Shown: positions 1 through 8,228, numbered from the stretch's first letter. The stretch is DNA of 35,629 nucleotides from an uncultured Anaerolineales bacterium (GCA_964580565.1 CAZOLN010000008.1:1209-36837); one strand, 5' to 3'. Numbers and translations: made by a program. Notes: a model not told the origin generated them from the letters alone.

Positions 1-1
1 C

Positions 2-1957
2 TTCGCCTACAACGGCCTCATCGGCACCCTCCCGCGCGGCAAGATCGACCTGGACGTGATGGAGGAGGTGCGGGCAGGGGTGGCCGAGTTGGCGGAGAAG
101 GCGGGGATCGATTTTGAGTACACAAAGAGCGGATACCCGCATTTCTGGGAAGCAGGGAAGCGAGGAAGCGAGGGAGGAGCGCACGGCCGTGCGCCCCGTG
201 CCCTGCGAGTGACGGGCTGGCGGGCACGGCAGTTCGTCCAGCAGGTGGTGACAGCCAACGTCGCCGAACTGGCCCCCGGCGATTCCCTGACCACCTACAT
301 GCTGGACCGGAACGGGAACCTGATCGCCGAGGTGACGGTGGAGCGGGAGGAGCCAGATCGGTGGGGGCGGGATCGCTACCTCATCACACCGGCCTCCAAC
401 GGAGCACAGGTCGCTGCCTGGCTGCGGGCCCTCTCCGACGGGTACACGCTCTTCGACGAGGAGGACGTGTTCCGGAAGGTGGAGGGACCGGTGGTGGTGG
501 AAGAGGCAGGAGACAGGACGCAGGACGCAGGACGCAAGGCGCAGGAGGAAGCGGGGAAGCAGGGAGGGGACGCGGCGGCGCTGTTCGCGGCGCACCCAGA
601 GCGGTTCGATCTGACGAAGCCGTACTTCGTGGGCCAGGCGCATCTGAGGGAGTTTGCGCCGAAGGTCGAGCGGGAGGAGTGGCGTTGGGAGGAGCCGGAA
701 ACCCCGCTGAAGCGGACGCCGCTGTACGAGGTCCATAAGCGGATGGGCGCCAAGATGGTCCCCTTCGCCGGGTGGGAGATGCCGGTCTGGTACACCTCGG
801 TGAGCGAGGAGCACCGAGCGGTGCGGGAGGCCGCCGGCCTGTTCGACGTGGCCCATATGGGCGTGTTCGAGATCACCGGTCCGCACGCCACCGCCTTCCT
901 GGACACAGTCTGCTCCAACTACGTCGCCTGGCTGGAGGACGGTCAGTCCCTCTACGGCTACCTGCTCGACCCGGACGGGCAGGTGATCGACGACGTGATG
1001 ATCTACCGGCTCCGGGCCGACCACTACCTGATGGTGGTCAACGCCGCCAACGAGGAGAAGGACTGGGACTGGCTGAACGCGGTCAACGAACGGCGGGTGG
1101 TCATCGACCGGGACCGGCCCTGGGTGCAGGTGGAGGCCCAGGCGGTGCTGCGCAACCTGAAGGACCCGGCCTCCGGCGAGCGGCAGAGGCGGGACCTGGC
1201 GCTGCAGGGGCCCGCGTCGTTGCCCATCCTGCAGGCGCTGACCGACGATCCGGAGACGAAGGCCGCGCTGCGCAGGCTGCGGCGGACCGAGTTGATGGAG
1301 TGCGAATTGGCGGGGATCCCGCTGGTGGTGGCCCGCACCGGCTACACCGGCGAGGAGTGGGGGTTTGAGATCTTCGTCCACCCCGACGACGCCCCCCGGC
1401 TGTGGGAGGCCATCCTGGAGGCGGGGGAGCCCTTCGGCGTGAAGCCGTGCGGCCTGGGCGCGCGGGACAGCCTCCGCACTGAGGCCGGCCTTCCCCTCTA
1501 CGGCCACGAACTGGCCGGCCCGTTCGACATCTCCCCCATCGAGGCCGGCTTCCCCGGCTACGTCAAGTACCACAAGCCGTTCTTCGTCGGCCGCGATCCG
1601 CTCCTGGCGCGCGAAAAGGATCGCAAGCGGGAGGTCATCCGCTTCCGGGTCAACGAGAAGGGCGTCCGCATCCCCCACCTGGGCGACCCCGTGGTCAACC
1701 GGAAGGGGCAGCAGATCGGCCACGTGACCAGCTGCTCCATCGACGCCGAGGGGTATCTGGTGGGGATGGCCATCGTCGAGAAGCGGTACAACGTGCCGGA
1801 GACCCCCATTGCCGTCTTCCCCCTGGGCGGCAAGCCGCTGGACGAGGCGCTGCTGCGCGGCAAGCGGGTCGCCCTGCCGGTGGCGGCGACGGTGCTGACG
1901 AGGTTTCCGGAGAGGGAAGAAGGAAGACCAAGGATGAGGATGGGCGGGGAGGATTAG
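2..1957 (+). CDS. gcvT: GcvT-family aminomethyltransferase (glycine cleavage T protein) with a long N-terminal extension; 5' end runs off the window
   Basis: The frame is open from nt 2 ([19 protein letters not shown] precedes the listed Met). From about aa 218 of the listed ORF the sequence looks like a complete canonical GcvT ([75 protein letters not shown]). There is no in-frame ATG/GTG/TTG just before LKRTPLY, so the extension is probably translated. Confidence 0.85.
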   Translation, partial: FAYNGLIGTLPRGKIDLDVMEEVRAGVAELAEKAGIDFEYTKSGYPHFWEAGKRGSEGGAHGRAPRALRVTGWRARQFVQQVVTANVAELAPGDSLTTYMLDRNGNLIAEVTVEREEPDRWGRDRYLITPASNGAQVAAWLRALSDGYTLFDEEDVFRKVEGPVVVEEAGDRTQDAGRKAQEEAGKQGGDAAALFAAHPERFDLTKPYFVGQAHLREFAPKVEREEWRWEEPETPLKRTPLYEVHKRMGAKMVPFAGWEMPVWYTSVSEEHRAVREAAGLFDVAHMGVFEITGPHATAFLDTVCSNYVAWLEDGQSLYGYLLDPDGQVIDDVMIYRLRADHYLMVVNAANEEKDWDWLNAVNERRVVIDRDRPWVQVEAQAVLRNLKDPASGERQRRDLALQGPASLPILQALTDDPETKAALRRLRRTELMECELAGIPLVVARTGYTGEEWGFEIFVHPDDAPRLWEAILEAGEPFGVKPCGLGARDSLRTEAGLPLYGHELAGPFDISPIEAGFPGYVKYHKPFFVGRDPLLAREKDRKREVIRFRVNEKGVRIPHLGDPVVNRKGQQIGHVTSCSIDAEGYLVGMAIVEKRYNVPETPIAVFPLGGKPLDEALLRGKRVALPVAATVLTRFPEREEGRPRMRMGGED

Positions 1958-1958
1958 T

Positions 1959-2681
1959 ATGGAACGGGAGACCTTCGACATCCTGTTTCTTGTGGCCCGT
2001 CCGGCGGCGGGGAAGAGCGAGATCATCGACTACCTCACGCGGACGGACGTGGAGGAGCGACGGCGCCGGTTCCACATCGGCCCCTTCGAGGTGCTGGACG
2101 ACTTCCCGATGCTCTGGACCTGGTTTGAGGAGGACGCGATCCTGCGCAGGATGGGCTACCCCGGCCTCCACACCGACGAGGAGGGGTACTTCAAGTATCC
2201 GTACCTCTGGCACCTCCTCATCGAACGGCTGGCGCTGGAGTTTGAGAAGCGGGAGCGGGATCGACCTCCGGGCCAGGAGGTCACCACCATCGTGGAGTTC
2301 TCCCGAGGCAGCCCGTCGGGCGGCTACCGGGAGGCCTTCCGCCACTTCCCGGAGGAGATGCTGGCGCGGGGTGCGATCATGTACGTCCGGGTCTCCTACG
2401 AAGAGTCGTTGCGGAAGAACCGGCTCCGGTTCAACCCGGACCGGCCCGACTCCATCCTGGAGCACAGCCTGCCGGACGAGAAGATGGAGCGGCTGTACCG
2501 GGAGGACGACTGGGATGACTTCACGTCGGCGGACCCGGAGTACGTGGAGGTGAAGGGGGTGCGGGTGCCCTATGCGGTGTTTGAGAACGAAGACGACGTG
2601 ACGACGGAGCGAGGGGAACCGCTGGGACAGCGGTTGGAGGCGGTTCTGGGCCGGCTCTGGGCGATCTGGTCCCGCAGGTAG
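1959..2681 (+). CDS. P-loop NTPase / kinase-like protein of unknown function
   Basis: Walker-A-like ARPAAGKSE lies near the N-terminus (ILFLVARPAAGKSEIIDYL). The ATG is 1 nt after the gcvT-like TAG and is preceded by GGGGAGGA. Layout is loosely reminiscent of 6PF2K/zeta-type P-loop kinases, from memory only. Confidence 0.7.
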   Translation: MERETFDILFLVARPAAGKSEIIDYLTRTDVEERRRRFHIGPFEVLDDFPMLWTWFEEDAILRRMGYPGLHTDEEGYFKYPYLWHLLIERLALEFEKRERDRPPGQEVTTIVEFSRGSPSGGYREAFRHFPEEMLARGAIMYVRVSYEESLRKNRLRFNPDRPDSILEHSLPDEKMERLYREDDWDDFTSADPEYVEVKGVRVPYAVFENEDDVTTERGEPLGQRLEAVLGRLWAIWSRR

Positions 2682-2690
2682 GCACAAATT

Positions 2691-2718
2691 CACCGCAGAG
2701 GCGCAGAGGGCGCAGAGG
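2691..2718. repeat. Half copy (left arm only) of the CACAGAGG-type palindromic repeat family
   Basis: CACCGCAGAGGCGCAGAGGGCGCAGAGG lies 10 nt after the stop of the P-loop gene. No matching CTCTGTG arm follows. Confidence 0.6.
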
Positions 2719-2750
2719 TTTTTGTAGTTTTTTGCAAAAGTGAAGAAGCT

Positions 2751-3752
2751 ATGCAGAAAGATGTACCCACTCGACCACTCGTCTTCGTCACCCGCCCCAT
2801 CCCCGAGGCCGGCCTCCGCCGGGTGCGGGAAGCCTGCGAGGTCCGATTGTGGGAGGGGGAACTGCCACCGCCCAAGGAGGTGATCCTTCGGGAGGCGGCC
2901 GAGTGCGATGGCCTCCTCTGCCTGCTGACCGACCCCATCGACGCGGAGGTGATCGGCGCGGGGAAGCGGCTGCGGGTGATCAGTCAGATGGCCGTGGGGG
3001 TCGACAACATCGACCTGGAGGCGGCCACGGCGCGGGGGATCCCCGTCGGCCATACCCCGGGGGTCCTCACCGAGGCCACCGCCGACCTGACCTTCGCCCT
3101 GCTCCTCGCCGCCGCACGGCGGATCCCGGAGGGGATCGAGTACGTCCGCCAGGGCCGCTGGCGCACCTGGGAGCCGATGGCCCTCCTCGGGAGGGAGGTG
3201 TGGGGAAAGACGCTGGGCATCGTCGGGCTGGGGCGCATCGGGACGGCGGTCGCCCGCCGCGCGCGGGGGTTCGCGATGCGGGTCCTCTACCACAGCCGGA
3301 GCCGCAAACCCGATCTGGAGGCCGAACTCGGCCTGGAGTACGTCGCGCTGGACGACCTCCTGGCCCAAGCCGACTTCGTCAGCCTCCACTGCCCGTTGAC
3401 CCCCGAGACCCACCACCTCATCGACGAGGAGGCGCTGCGCCGGATGAAGCCGACGGCGATCCTGATCAACGCCGCCCGCGGGCCGGTGGTGGATACCGAC
3501 GCGCTGCTCCGCGCCCTGCGGGAGGGCTGGATCGAGGCGGCCGCTCTCGACGTCACCGACCCCGAGCCGCTGCCGGCGGACCACCCCCTGCTCGACCTCC
3601 CCAACTGCATCGTCATCCCCCACCTGGGCAGCGCGACGGTGGCCGCCAGGGAGCGGATGGCGACGATGGCGGCAGAGAACCTGCTGGCGGGGCTGCGCGG
3701 GGAGCGGCTGCCGTACTGTGCGAATCCCGAGGTTTATGGGGCGATTAGGTGA
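2751..3752 (+). CDS. D-isomer-specific 2-hydroxyacid dehydrogenase, glyoxylate/hydroxypyruvate reductase-like
   Basis: NAD-binding [16 protein letters not shown], then [34 protein letters not shown] and PHLGSAT, all typical of the GhrB/GyaR-type family. Confidence 0.9.
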   Translation: MQKDVPTRPLVFVTRPIPEAGLRRVREACEVRLWEGELPPPKEVILREAAECDGLLCLLTDPIDAEVIGAGKRLRVISQMAVGVDNIDLEAATARGIPVGHTPGVLTEATADLTFALLLAAARRIPEGIEYVRQGRWRTWEPMALLGREVWGKTLGIVGLGRIGTAVARRARGFAMRVLYHSRSRKPDLEAELGLEYVALDDLLAQADFVSLHCPLTPETHHLIDEEALRRMKPTAILINAARGPVVDTDALLRALREGWIEAAALDVTDPEPLPADHPLLDLPNCIVIPHLGSATVAARERMATMAAENLLAGLRGERLPYCANPEVYGAIR

Positions 3753-3774
3753 TTAGGTGACCGGGTGACTGAAA

Positions 3775-4188
3775 ATGGGACGAGTGATCTCAACGGAAGG
3801 ACCAGGGAAGATACGGAACCAGCACCGGCGGACGATCGCCGAGGCGTTGCGGATCTTGAGCCAGAAGCGGGAACTGGACGAGGAGGTGAAAGACCTGGCC
3901 GCCGTGATCGTCTTCTCGCTCCACGGCATCGCCGACACGGTGGAGCAGACGACGGCGGCGTGGGATAAGAGGAATTACTACCTCAAGGCCGACCGGTTCC
4001 GGCGGGAGTGGGCCTGGGTCGAGGAAGCGATCGAGGAACTGAGCGACCTCATCTATCGGGGACGTTGGGAACACCTCCCCGCCTTCCTGGCCCGGCTGGC
4101 CCCCCGTTTCGCCGACGTGAAGGTATCCCGCCTGACCCGCAACCCATCCCTTTGGAAAGGGGCCTATCAGCGGTTCATGGAAGGATAA
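3775..4188 (+). CDS. Hypothetical protein (137 aa)
   Basis: Balanced, non-shadow amino-acid composition. It fills an otherwise empty interval and is followed by a 20-bp perfect hairpin. No family recognised and no clear SD. Confidence 0.55.
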   Translation: MGRVISTEGPGKIRNQHRRTIAEALRILSQKRELDEEVKDLAAVIVFSLHGIADTVEQTTAAWDKRNYYLKADRFRREWAWVEEAIEELSDLIYRGRWEHLPAFLARLAPRFADVKVSRLTRNPSLWKGAYQRFMEG

Positions 4189-4205
4189 CAGAGGAGCAGA
4201 GTCGC

Positions 4206-4254
4206 AAAGGAGCAAAGTCGCAGGGGGGTGACTTCCCTGCGACTTTGCTCCTTT
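4206..4254 (+). terminator. Perfect 20-bp inverted repeat hairpin downstream of the 3775-4188 ORF (no U-tract)
   Basis: AAAGGAGCAAAGTCGCAGGG (4206-4225) and CCCTGCGACTTTGCTCCTTT (4235-4254) are exact reverse complements with a 9-nt loop. It starts 18 nt after the TAA at 4186-4188. Confidence 0.4.
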
Positions 4255-4270
4255 AGAGGCGTACGCAGTT

Positions 4271-4347
4271 CCACCACAGAGGCACAGAGGGCGCAGAGAA
4301 ACCGATGAAACTCGGGGAAACTCCGTGTCCTCCGTGTCTCTGTGGTG
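4271..4347. repeat. REP/MITE-like palindromic element, CACAGAGG family (copy b)
   Basis: Left arm is CCACCACAGAGGCACAGAGGGCGCAGAG (4271-4298). Right arm is CTCCGTGTCCTCCGTGTCTCTGTGGTG (4321-4347). It lies between convergent genes (3775-4188 + and 4389-5714 -). Confidence 0.85.
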
Positions 4348-4388
4348 CGTTACCCCCGCAACTGCGTAACGCTCCCTTTTGCGACCCG

Positions 4389-5714
4389 TTAGAGCCGTTC
4401 TTCGGGCCCGACGGGCAGCGCCACCAGGCCGCTGATCACCTTGGGATAGAAGTCGGTGGACTTCTGCGGCATCCGCTCGCTGGCGGCGGTGCAGGCCCGG
4501 ACCTGCTCGATGCGGGTGGGGTTCATCAGCAGCAGGAACTGGGCCTCCCCCTTGTCCACCGCCGCGAAACCGGGCGTGGGATCGCGCAGGTAGTCGATGT
4601 TCTCCTTCCGCTTGACCGCCTCTTTGTCGATCCCCAGCACCCGCTCGATGAACAGTTCGTGCAGGACCACCACGTCCAGCATCCGCCAGTCGGCGGCCCG
4701 GTCCGGCAGGAGTTGGGCCATCACGCCGGGGTCGCGCAGTTCCAGCACCGCGTAGGCCCCGTCGTAGAAGCCGAAGCGCGGATGGTCGGGCTTCGCCTCC
4801 GCCAGCGCCTTCTCCACCGCCGCCCGGTCCGAAGCGGGCGTCACCTCGAAGTACTCCTTCGCCCTCTCCAGCGCCGCCTTCCCGTCCATCCGGGTGTAGG
4901 AGTGGATGAGCCGGTGGGTGGGGAGGATCACCAGGCCCGGATCGCTCATACTGACCAGCGTGACCATCGTGTAGTTGAAGGCTGCGTCGGCGGGGGCGTC
5001 GGGGTACTTCTGGCGCATCTCGTCGCGGAAGGTGAGCGCCGTCTCGTACCGGTGGTGCCCGTCGGCGATGATCAGGTTCCGCTTGGGGGCCATCTCCTCC
5101 ATCACGGCCCGGATCACCTCCGGATCGTCCACCACCCAGAACCGCTGCTCCACCCCGCTCTCGATCACCTGCTCGCGGGCGACCATCGGCTCGTGTGCCT
5201 CCAGGTAGGGTTGGAGGATGGAGTTGACCCGGTTCTCGTCGTCGGGATAGAGGATGAAGATGTGCCCCCAGGCCGTCTCGGTGGCGCGGAACAGGTTCAG
5301 ACGGTCCACCTTGGGACCGGAGAGGGTCCGCTCGTGGGGGAGGATCACCCCCTCGTCGAAGCGGGTCAGTTGGAGCGCGGCGCTGAAGCCCCGGCGGGTG
5401 CGGGTCTCGCCGGTCGGCGTGGTGTAGGTCTGCTCCAGGACGTAGATCGCCGGCCGCTCCTCCCGCATCAGCACCCCTTCCGCCAGCCAGGTGCGGGCGT
5501 AGCAGCGGGCGCGGGTGTAGACGTTGTCCGTGTCGCTATCCCACGGCGTCGTCTTGCCCCGGATGATGCGGACGAAATTGTAGGGGCTCAGTTCGTAATA
5601 CCGCTCCTGCTGCGGCTCGTGGATGCGGTCGTAGGGCTGGGTGATCACCTTCGAGAGGTCGCCGACCTTCTCGACGTTGTAGCGCAATCCGCGAAACGGT
5701 TTCACAATCGCCAT
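4389..5714 (-). CDS. DUF1015 family protein
   Basis: MAIVKPFRGLRYN N-terminus, IADGHHRYETAL and LVILPTHRL motifs are characteristic of DUF1015. GGAGG SD lies upstream of the ATG at 5714. Confidence 0.85.
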   Translation of the reverse strand: MAIVKPFRGLRYNVEKVGDLSKVITQPYDRIHEPQQERYYELSPYNFVRIIRGKTTPWDSDTDNVYTRARCYARTWLAEGVLMREERPAIYVLEQTYTTPTGETRTRRGFSAALQLTRFDEGVILPHERTLSGPKVDRLNLFRATETAWGHIFILYPDDENRVNSILQPYLEAHEPMVAREQVIESGVEQRFWVVDDPEVIRAVMEEMAPKRNLIIADGHHRYETALTFRDEMRQKYPDAPADAAFNYTMVTLVSMSDPGLVILPTHRLIHSYTRMDGKAALERAKEYFEVTPASDRAAVEKALAEAKPDHPRFGFYDGAYAVLELRDPGVMAQLLPDRAADWRMLDVVVLHELFIERVLGIDKEAVKRKENIDYLRDPTPGFAAVDKGEAQFLLLMNPTRIEQVRACTAASERMPQKSTDFYPKVISGLVALPVGPEERL

Positions 5715-5737
5715 CGTCTACCTCCGTTGCGTGGTTT

Positions 5738-5821
5738 CACCACAGAGACACAGAGGACACAGAGTTTTCCATTTTTTCTCCTGACTTTCTCCGCTTCTCT
5801 GTGCCCTCCGTGCCTCTGTGG
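5738..5821. repeat. REP/MITE-like palindromic element, CACAGAGG family (copy c)
   Basis: Left arm is CACCACAGAGACACAGAGGACACAGAG (5738-5764). Right arm is CTCTGTGCCCTCCGTGCCTCTGTGG (5797-5821). It begins 5 nt after the stop of the 7-TM gene and ends 24 nt before the DUF1015 start (both minus strand). Confidence 0.85.
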
Positions 5822-5825
5822 TTTT

Positions 5826-6509
5826 CTAAAACTCCGCCTTATAGAACGATACCACCGTCACCACGTAGGCGATCATCTTCGGCAGCATCAGCATCCCCGC
5901 GATGGGGTACCGGTCGACGAAGAGGACGGTGCCCATGTAGCAGGTGAAGGAGACGACCACCGACCATCCGGCGACGGTCAGCCACTTACTCCCGGCCCGC
6001 AGGAACATCCCGGCGAGGATGAAGCCAGCGAGGGCGAAGGGGATATTCCGGTAGATACGCCACGCGGGGGCCGGACCGCCCCAGTTGTTCTGGGGGAAGA
6101 AGAGGAGCACCACACGCACCGCCAGCGCTGCCACCACCAGCCACTCCAGCCAGGTCCACGAACGGCCTGCCCTCTCCTGGCGGTACAGCAACGCGAAGAG
6201 GTAGAAGAACGTGAGGGTGAAGGAAGTGGCGAAGGAGCCGACGCCGAGCCAGGAGACCGGGTAGCCGCCCCAGTGCAGGGCGACCGTCTCCACGCTGGAA
6301 AAGGTCCGGTGGGCGTACGCGACGATGTGGACCGTGTCGCCGAGGATGAGGGTGACCACCGCCGCCAGCAGCCAGCGGCTCCGTCTCTGCTGCTCCGGCG
6401 ACTGCCGCCCGTACCGCTTGACCATCAGCGCGGCGACAACCAAGATGCTCGCCAGGTAGGCGAAGTTGATCAGGTTGACGACGATCCCCATGGGTCCGGT
6501 GGTAGGCAT
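5826..6509 (-). CDS. Integral membrane protein, about 7 predicted TM helices, unknown function
   Basis: Seven hydrophobic stretches by eye. AAGGAG SD lies 5-6 nt upstream of the ATG, which is 15 nt downstream of the vapC stop. Confidence 0.7.
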   Translation of the reverse strand: MPTTGPMGIVVNLINFAYLASILVVAALMVKRYGRQSPEQQRRSRWLLAAVVTLILGDTVHIVAYAHRTFSSVETVALHWGGYPVSWLGVGSFATSFTLTFFYLFALLYRQERAGRSWTWLEWLVVAALAVRVVLLFFPQNNWGGPAPAWRIYRNIPFALAGFILAGMFLRAGSKWLTVAGWSVVVSFTCYMGTVLFVDRYPIAGMLMLPKMIAYVVTVVSFYKAEF

Positions 6510-6524
6510 TGCCTGCTCCTTATC

Positions 6525-6929
6525 TCACGGCTCGGTTACGGTGACGACAGCCCTCCCCCTCTCTAATTGCTGGCGATCCAGGGTGACCAGGCACTCCTCC
6601 ACCTGATCCGCCAGCGCGACGTAGAGGGCGTCACATCCCCGGATGCGGTGCTCGCAGGCGATCTCAGCCGCCCGCCTGGTCAACGGCAGGGTGACCGGGA
6701 CCAGTTCGACGACGCCTGTGCGGACCAAGCCCTGCACGGCGCGGCGGGCCAGCGTTGGGTCTCCGGTGCCCCGGCCGATCGCAGCGGCGACCTCGGCCAG
6801 GAGGATCACCGGCGCGCGGATGGGCTCCTGATCCTCCTGGGCTTTCTGCAGCCACGCCCAACTCCGAATGTGTCCAGGCTCGTTCGAGTTCAGCAACGCG
6901 ACGTAGACACTGGCGTCGATGACCGCCAT
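6525..6929 (-). CDS. vapC: PIN-domain toxin (VapC-type ribonuclease)
   Basis: N-terminal MAVIDASVYVALL carries the first acidic PIN residue. Size is about 134 aa, and the gene lies 3 nt downstream of a small antitoxin ORF. Confidence 0.8.
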   Translation of the reverse strand: MAVIDASVYVALLNSNEPGHIRSWAWLQKAQEDQEPIRAPVILLAEVAAAIGRGTGDPTLARRAVQGLVRTGVVELVPVTLPLTRRAAEIACEHRIRGCDALYVALADQVEECLVTLDRQQLERGRAVVTVTEP

Positions 6930-6932
6930 CGG

Positions 6933-7202
6933 TTATCTCCGTTGCTCGGCGACCAGTTCCACCCCGGTTTTGGGCGACTTCCAGGCCGCAGCGATCTCCC
7001 GCGCCAGGTCCTTCATCTCCGCCAAAGCCGCTTCTCGCTCGGCCTGGCGCATCCGCTGGGCGTCAGCGTCGGTGAAAGGCCGGAGCACCGCCACCGGCTC
7101 ACCACGGAGCGTGACCACGTACTCGGCCTTCTCCTCCCGCACGGTGCGGAGGATGCGGGAGGCCCGATTTTTCAGTTCGCGCACGCCGATTTTAGCAGGC
7201 AC
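6933..7202 (-). CDS. Type II antitoxin, Phd/YefM-like (89 aa), GTG start
   Basis: IGVRELKNRASRILRTVREEKAEYVVTLRGEPVAVLRPF is typical of the Phd/YefM antitoxin N-domain. It lies immediately upstream of the PIN toxin. Confidence 0.8.
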   Translation of the reverse strand: MPAKIGVRELKNRASRILRTVREEKAEYVVTLRGEPVAVLRPFTDADAQRMRQAEREAALAEMKDLAREIAAAWKSPKTGVELVAEQRR

Positions 7203-7228
7203 CTTCCCCCCGTTTCCGGCGGCTCAAT

Positions 7229-7277
7229 TGTGGCCACCACGTAGCCACATTATAACGCCGAAGCGAGAGGGTGTCAA
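7229..7277 (-). promoter_or_regulatory. Consensus sigma-70-type promoter of the antitoxin-toxin operon plus candidate operator
   Basis: The minus strand reads TTGACA (7277-7272), a 17-nt spacer, then TATAAT (7254-7249). Inverted repeat TGTGGC-N9-GCCACA (7229-7249, containing the palindrome GTGGCCAC) overlaps the -10/TSS region. Confidence 0.55.
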
Positions 7278-7280
7278 CAG

Positions 7281-7313
7281 AGGTGCGACGCACCTTGAAG
7301 GTGCGTCGCACCT
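7281..7313 (-). terminator. 15-bp perfect GC-rich hairpin 3 nt after the dehydrogenase stop (no U-tract)
   Basis: AGGTGCGACGCACCT (7281-7295), loop TGA, AGGTGCGTCGCACCT (7299-7313). Each arm is also itself palindromic. Confidence 0.45.
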
Positions 7314-7316
7314 ACC

Positions 7317-8228
7317 CTACCCTATCCTCTGCGCGAACTCGATGGCGATGCTGGCCACCTCCTCGCCCACGCGGGCCTTCGCCTCTTTGGTCCCCGCGCC
7401 GATGTGGGGCGAGCCGATGACCTGCGGCAACTCCATCAGCCGCTTGCCCCGATCCTCCTTCTCGTCCTCGAAGACGTCCAGCGCCGCCCCCGCCACCTTG
7501 CCGCTGACGATGGCATCGTACAGCGCCTTCTCGTCCAGCGTCCCGCCCCGGCCGCAGTTGATGATGTAGACCCCGTCCTTCATCTTGGCGAACTCCTCCG
7601 CGCCGATGAGGTAGTGGGTCTCCGGGGTGTGGGGGACGTGGAGGGAGATGAAGTCGGAGCGGGCCAGGAGTTCGTCCAGGGAGACCTGGGTGGCGCCAGG
7701 GACCTCGACCTGGGTGCGGCGGTAGAAGATGACCTCCATCCCCAGCGCGGCCGCCTTCTGGGCCACCAGGCTCCCGATCCGGCCGCAGCCCACCAGCCCC
7801 AGCGTCTTCCCGGCCAGTTCGATCCCCTTGCTGAAGGCCTTCTTCTCCCACTTACCGGCCTTCATCGACGCGGTGGCCTGGGGGATCTGCCGGGCCAGCG
7901 CGAAGAGATAGCCGATGGTCAACTCGGCCACCGAGTTCGAGGAGGCGGCCGGGGTGTTGCGGACCTCGATCCCCTTCGACTGGGCGTACTCCACGTCGAT
8001 GTTGTCCAGCCCCACCCCACCGCGAATGATCAACTTCAGGTTGGTCGCTTTGTCGATAAGAGGGGCGCGGACCTTGGTGCGGCTGCGGACGACGATGGCG
8101 TCGTAGTCGGCGATGACCGCCTCCAGTTCCTCCGGCGAGATGTCGTCCCGCACGTCCACCTCGATCCCCGCCTCGCGCATCGCAGCGATGGCTTTTTCGT
8201 CGGTTGGGTCGCAGATGAGTAGTCTCAT
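7317..8228 (-). CDS. Short-form D-2-hydroxyacid dehydrogenase (SerA-like, no ACT domain); substrate uncertain
   Basis: GLVGCGRIGSLVAQKA NAD motif, then SLHVPHTPETHYLI, INCGRGGTLDE and PHIGAGT. 303 aa. GGAGGTGA SD lies in the 28-nt gap after the aminotransferase gene. Confidence 0.85.
   Translation of the reverse strand: MRLLICDPTDEKAIAAMREAGIEVDVRDDISPEELEAVIADYDAIVVRSRTKVRAPLIDKATNLKLIIRGGVGLDNIDVEYAQSKGIEVRNTPAASSNSVAELTIGYLFALARQIPQATASMKAGKWEKKAFSKGIELAGKTLGLVGCGRIGSLVAQKAAALGMEVIFYRRTQVEVPGATQVSLDELLARSDFISLHVPHTPETHYLIGAEEFAKMKDGVYIINCGRGGTLDEKALYDAIVSGKVAGAALDVFEDEKEDRGKRLMELPQVIGSPHIGAGTKEAKARVGEEVASIAIEFAQRIG

Noticed and set aside
1695-3623. Very long alternate-frame or antisense ORFs in the supplied track. 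Examples are 1695-3623(-), 4305-6566(+), 8113-9420(+), 15740-17638(-), 18520-21105(+), 22026-23837(+), 27114-28310(+), 29155-30465(+), 30467-32059(+) and 33495-34919(+).
   Set aside because: These are typical high-GC shadow ORFs. They have Arg/Pro/Gly/Ala-dominated, repetitive composition and no recognisable family motifs. Each fully overlaps an ORF in another frame or strand that carries clear family signatures and an SD site.
3743-3774. Tandem 8-mers GATTAGGT GATTAGGT GACCGGGT GACTGAAA spanning the reductase stop codon and ending at the next ATG.
   Set aside because: There are only two exact units. That is too short to distinguish from chance or local slippage, and no structure or known motif is associated.
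5826-6509. A 227-aa 7-TM protein with a lysine in the last helix (LPKMIAY), considered as a possible microbial rhodopsin.
   Set aside because: The helix-3 RYxDW-type and helix-7 DxxxK-type retinal-pocket motifs are absent. The only Asp near the Lys is 12 residues away. Similarity is limited to length and TM count, so it stays a membrane protein of unknown function.
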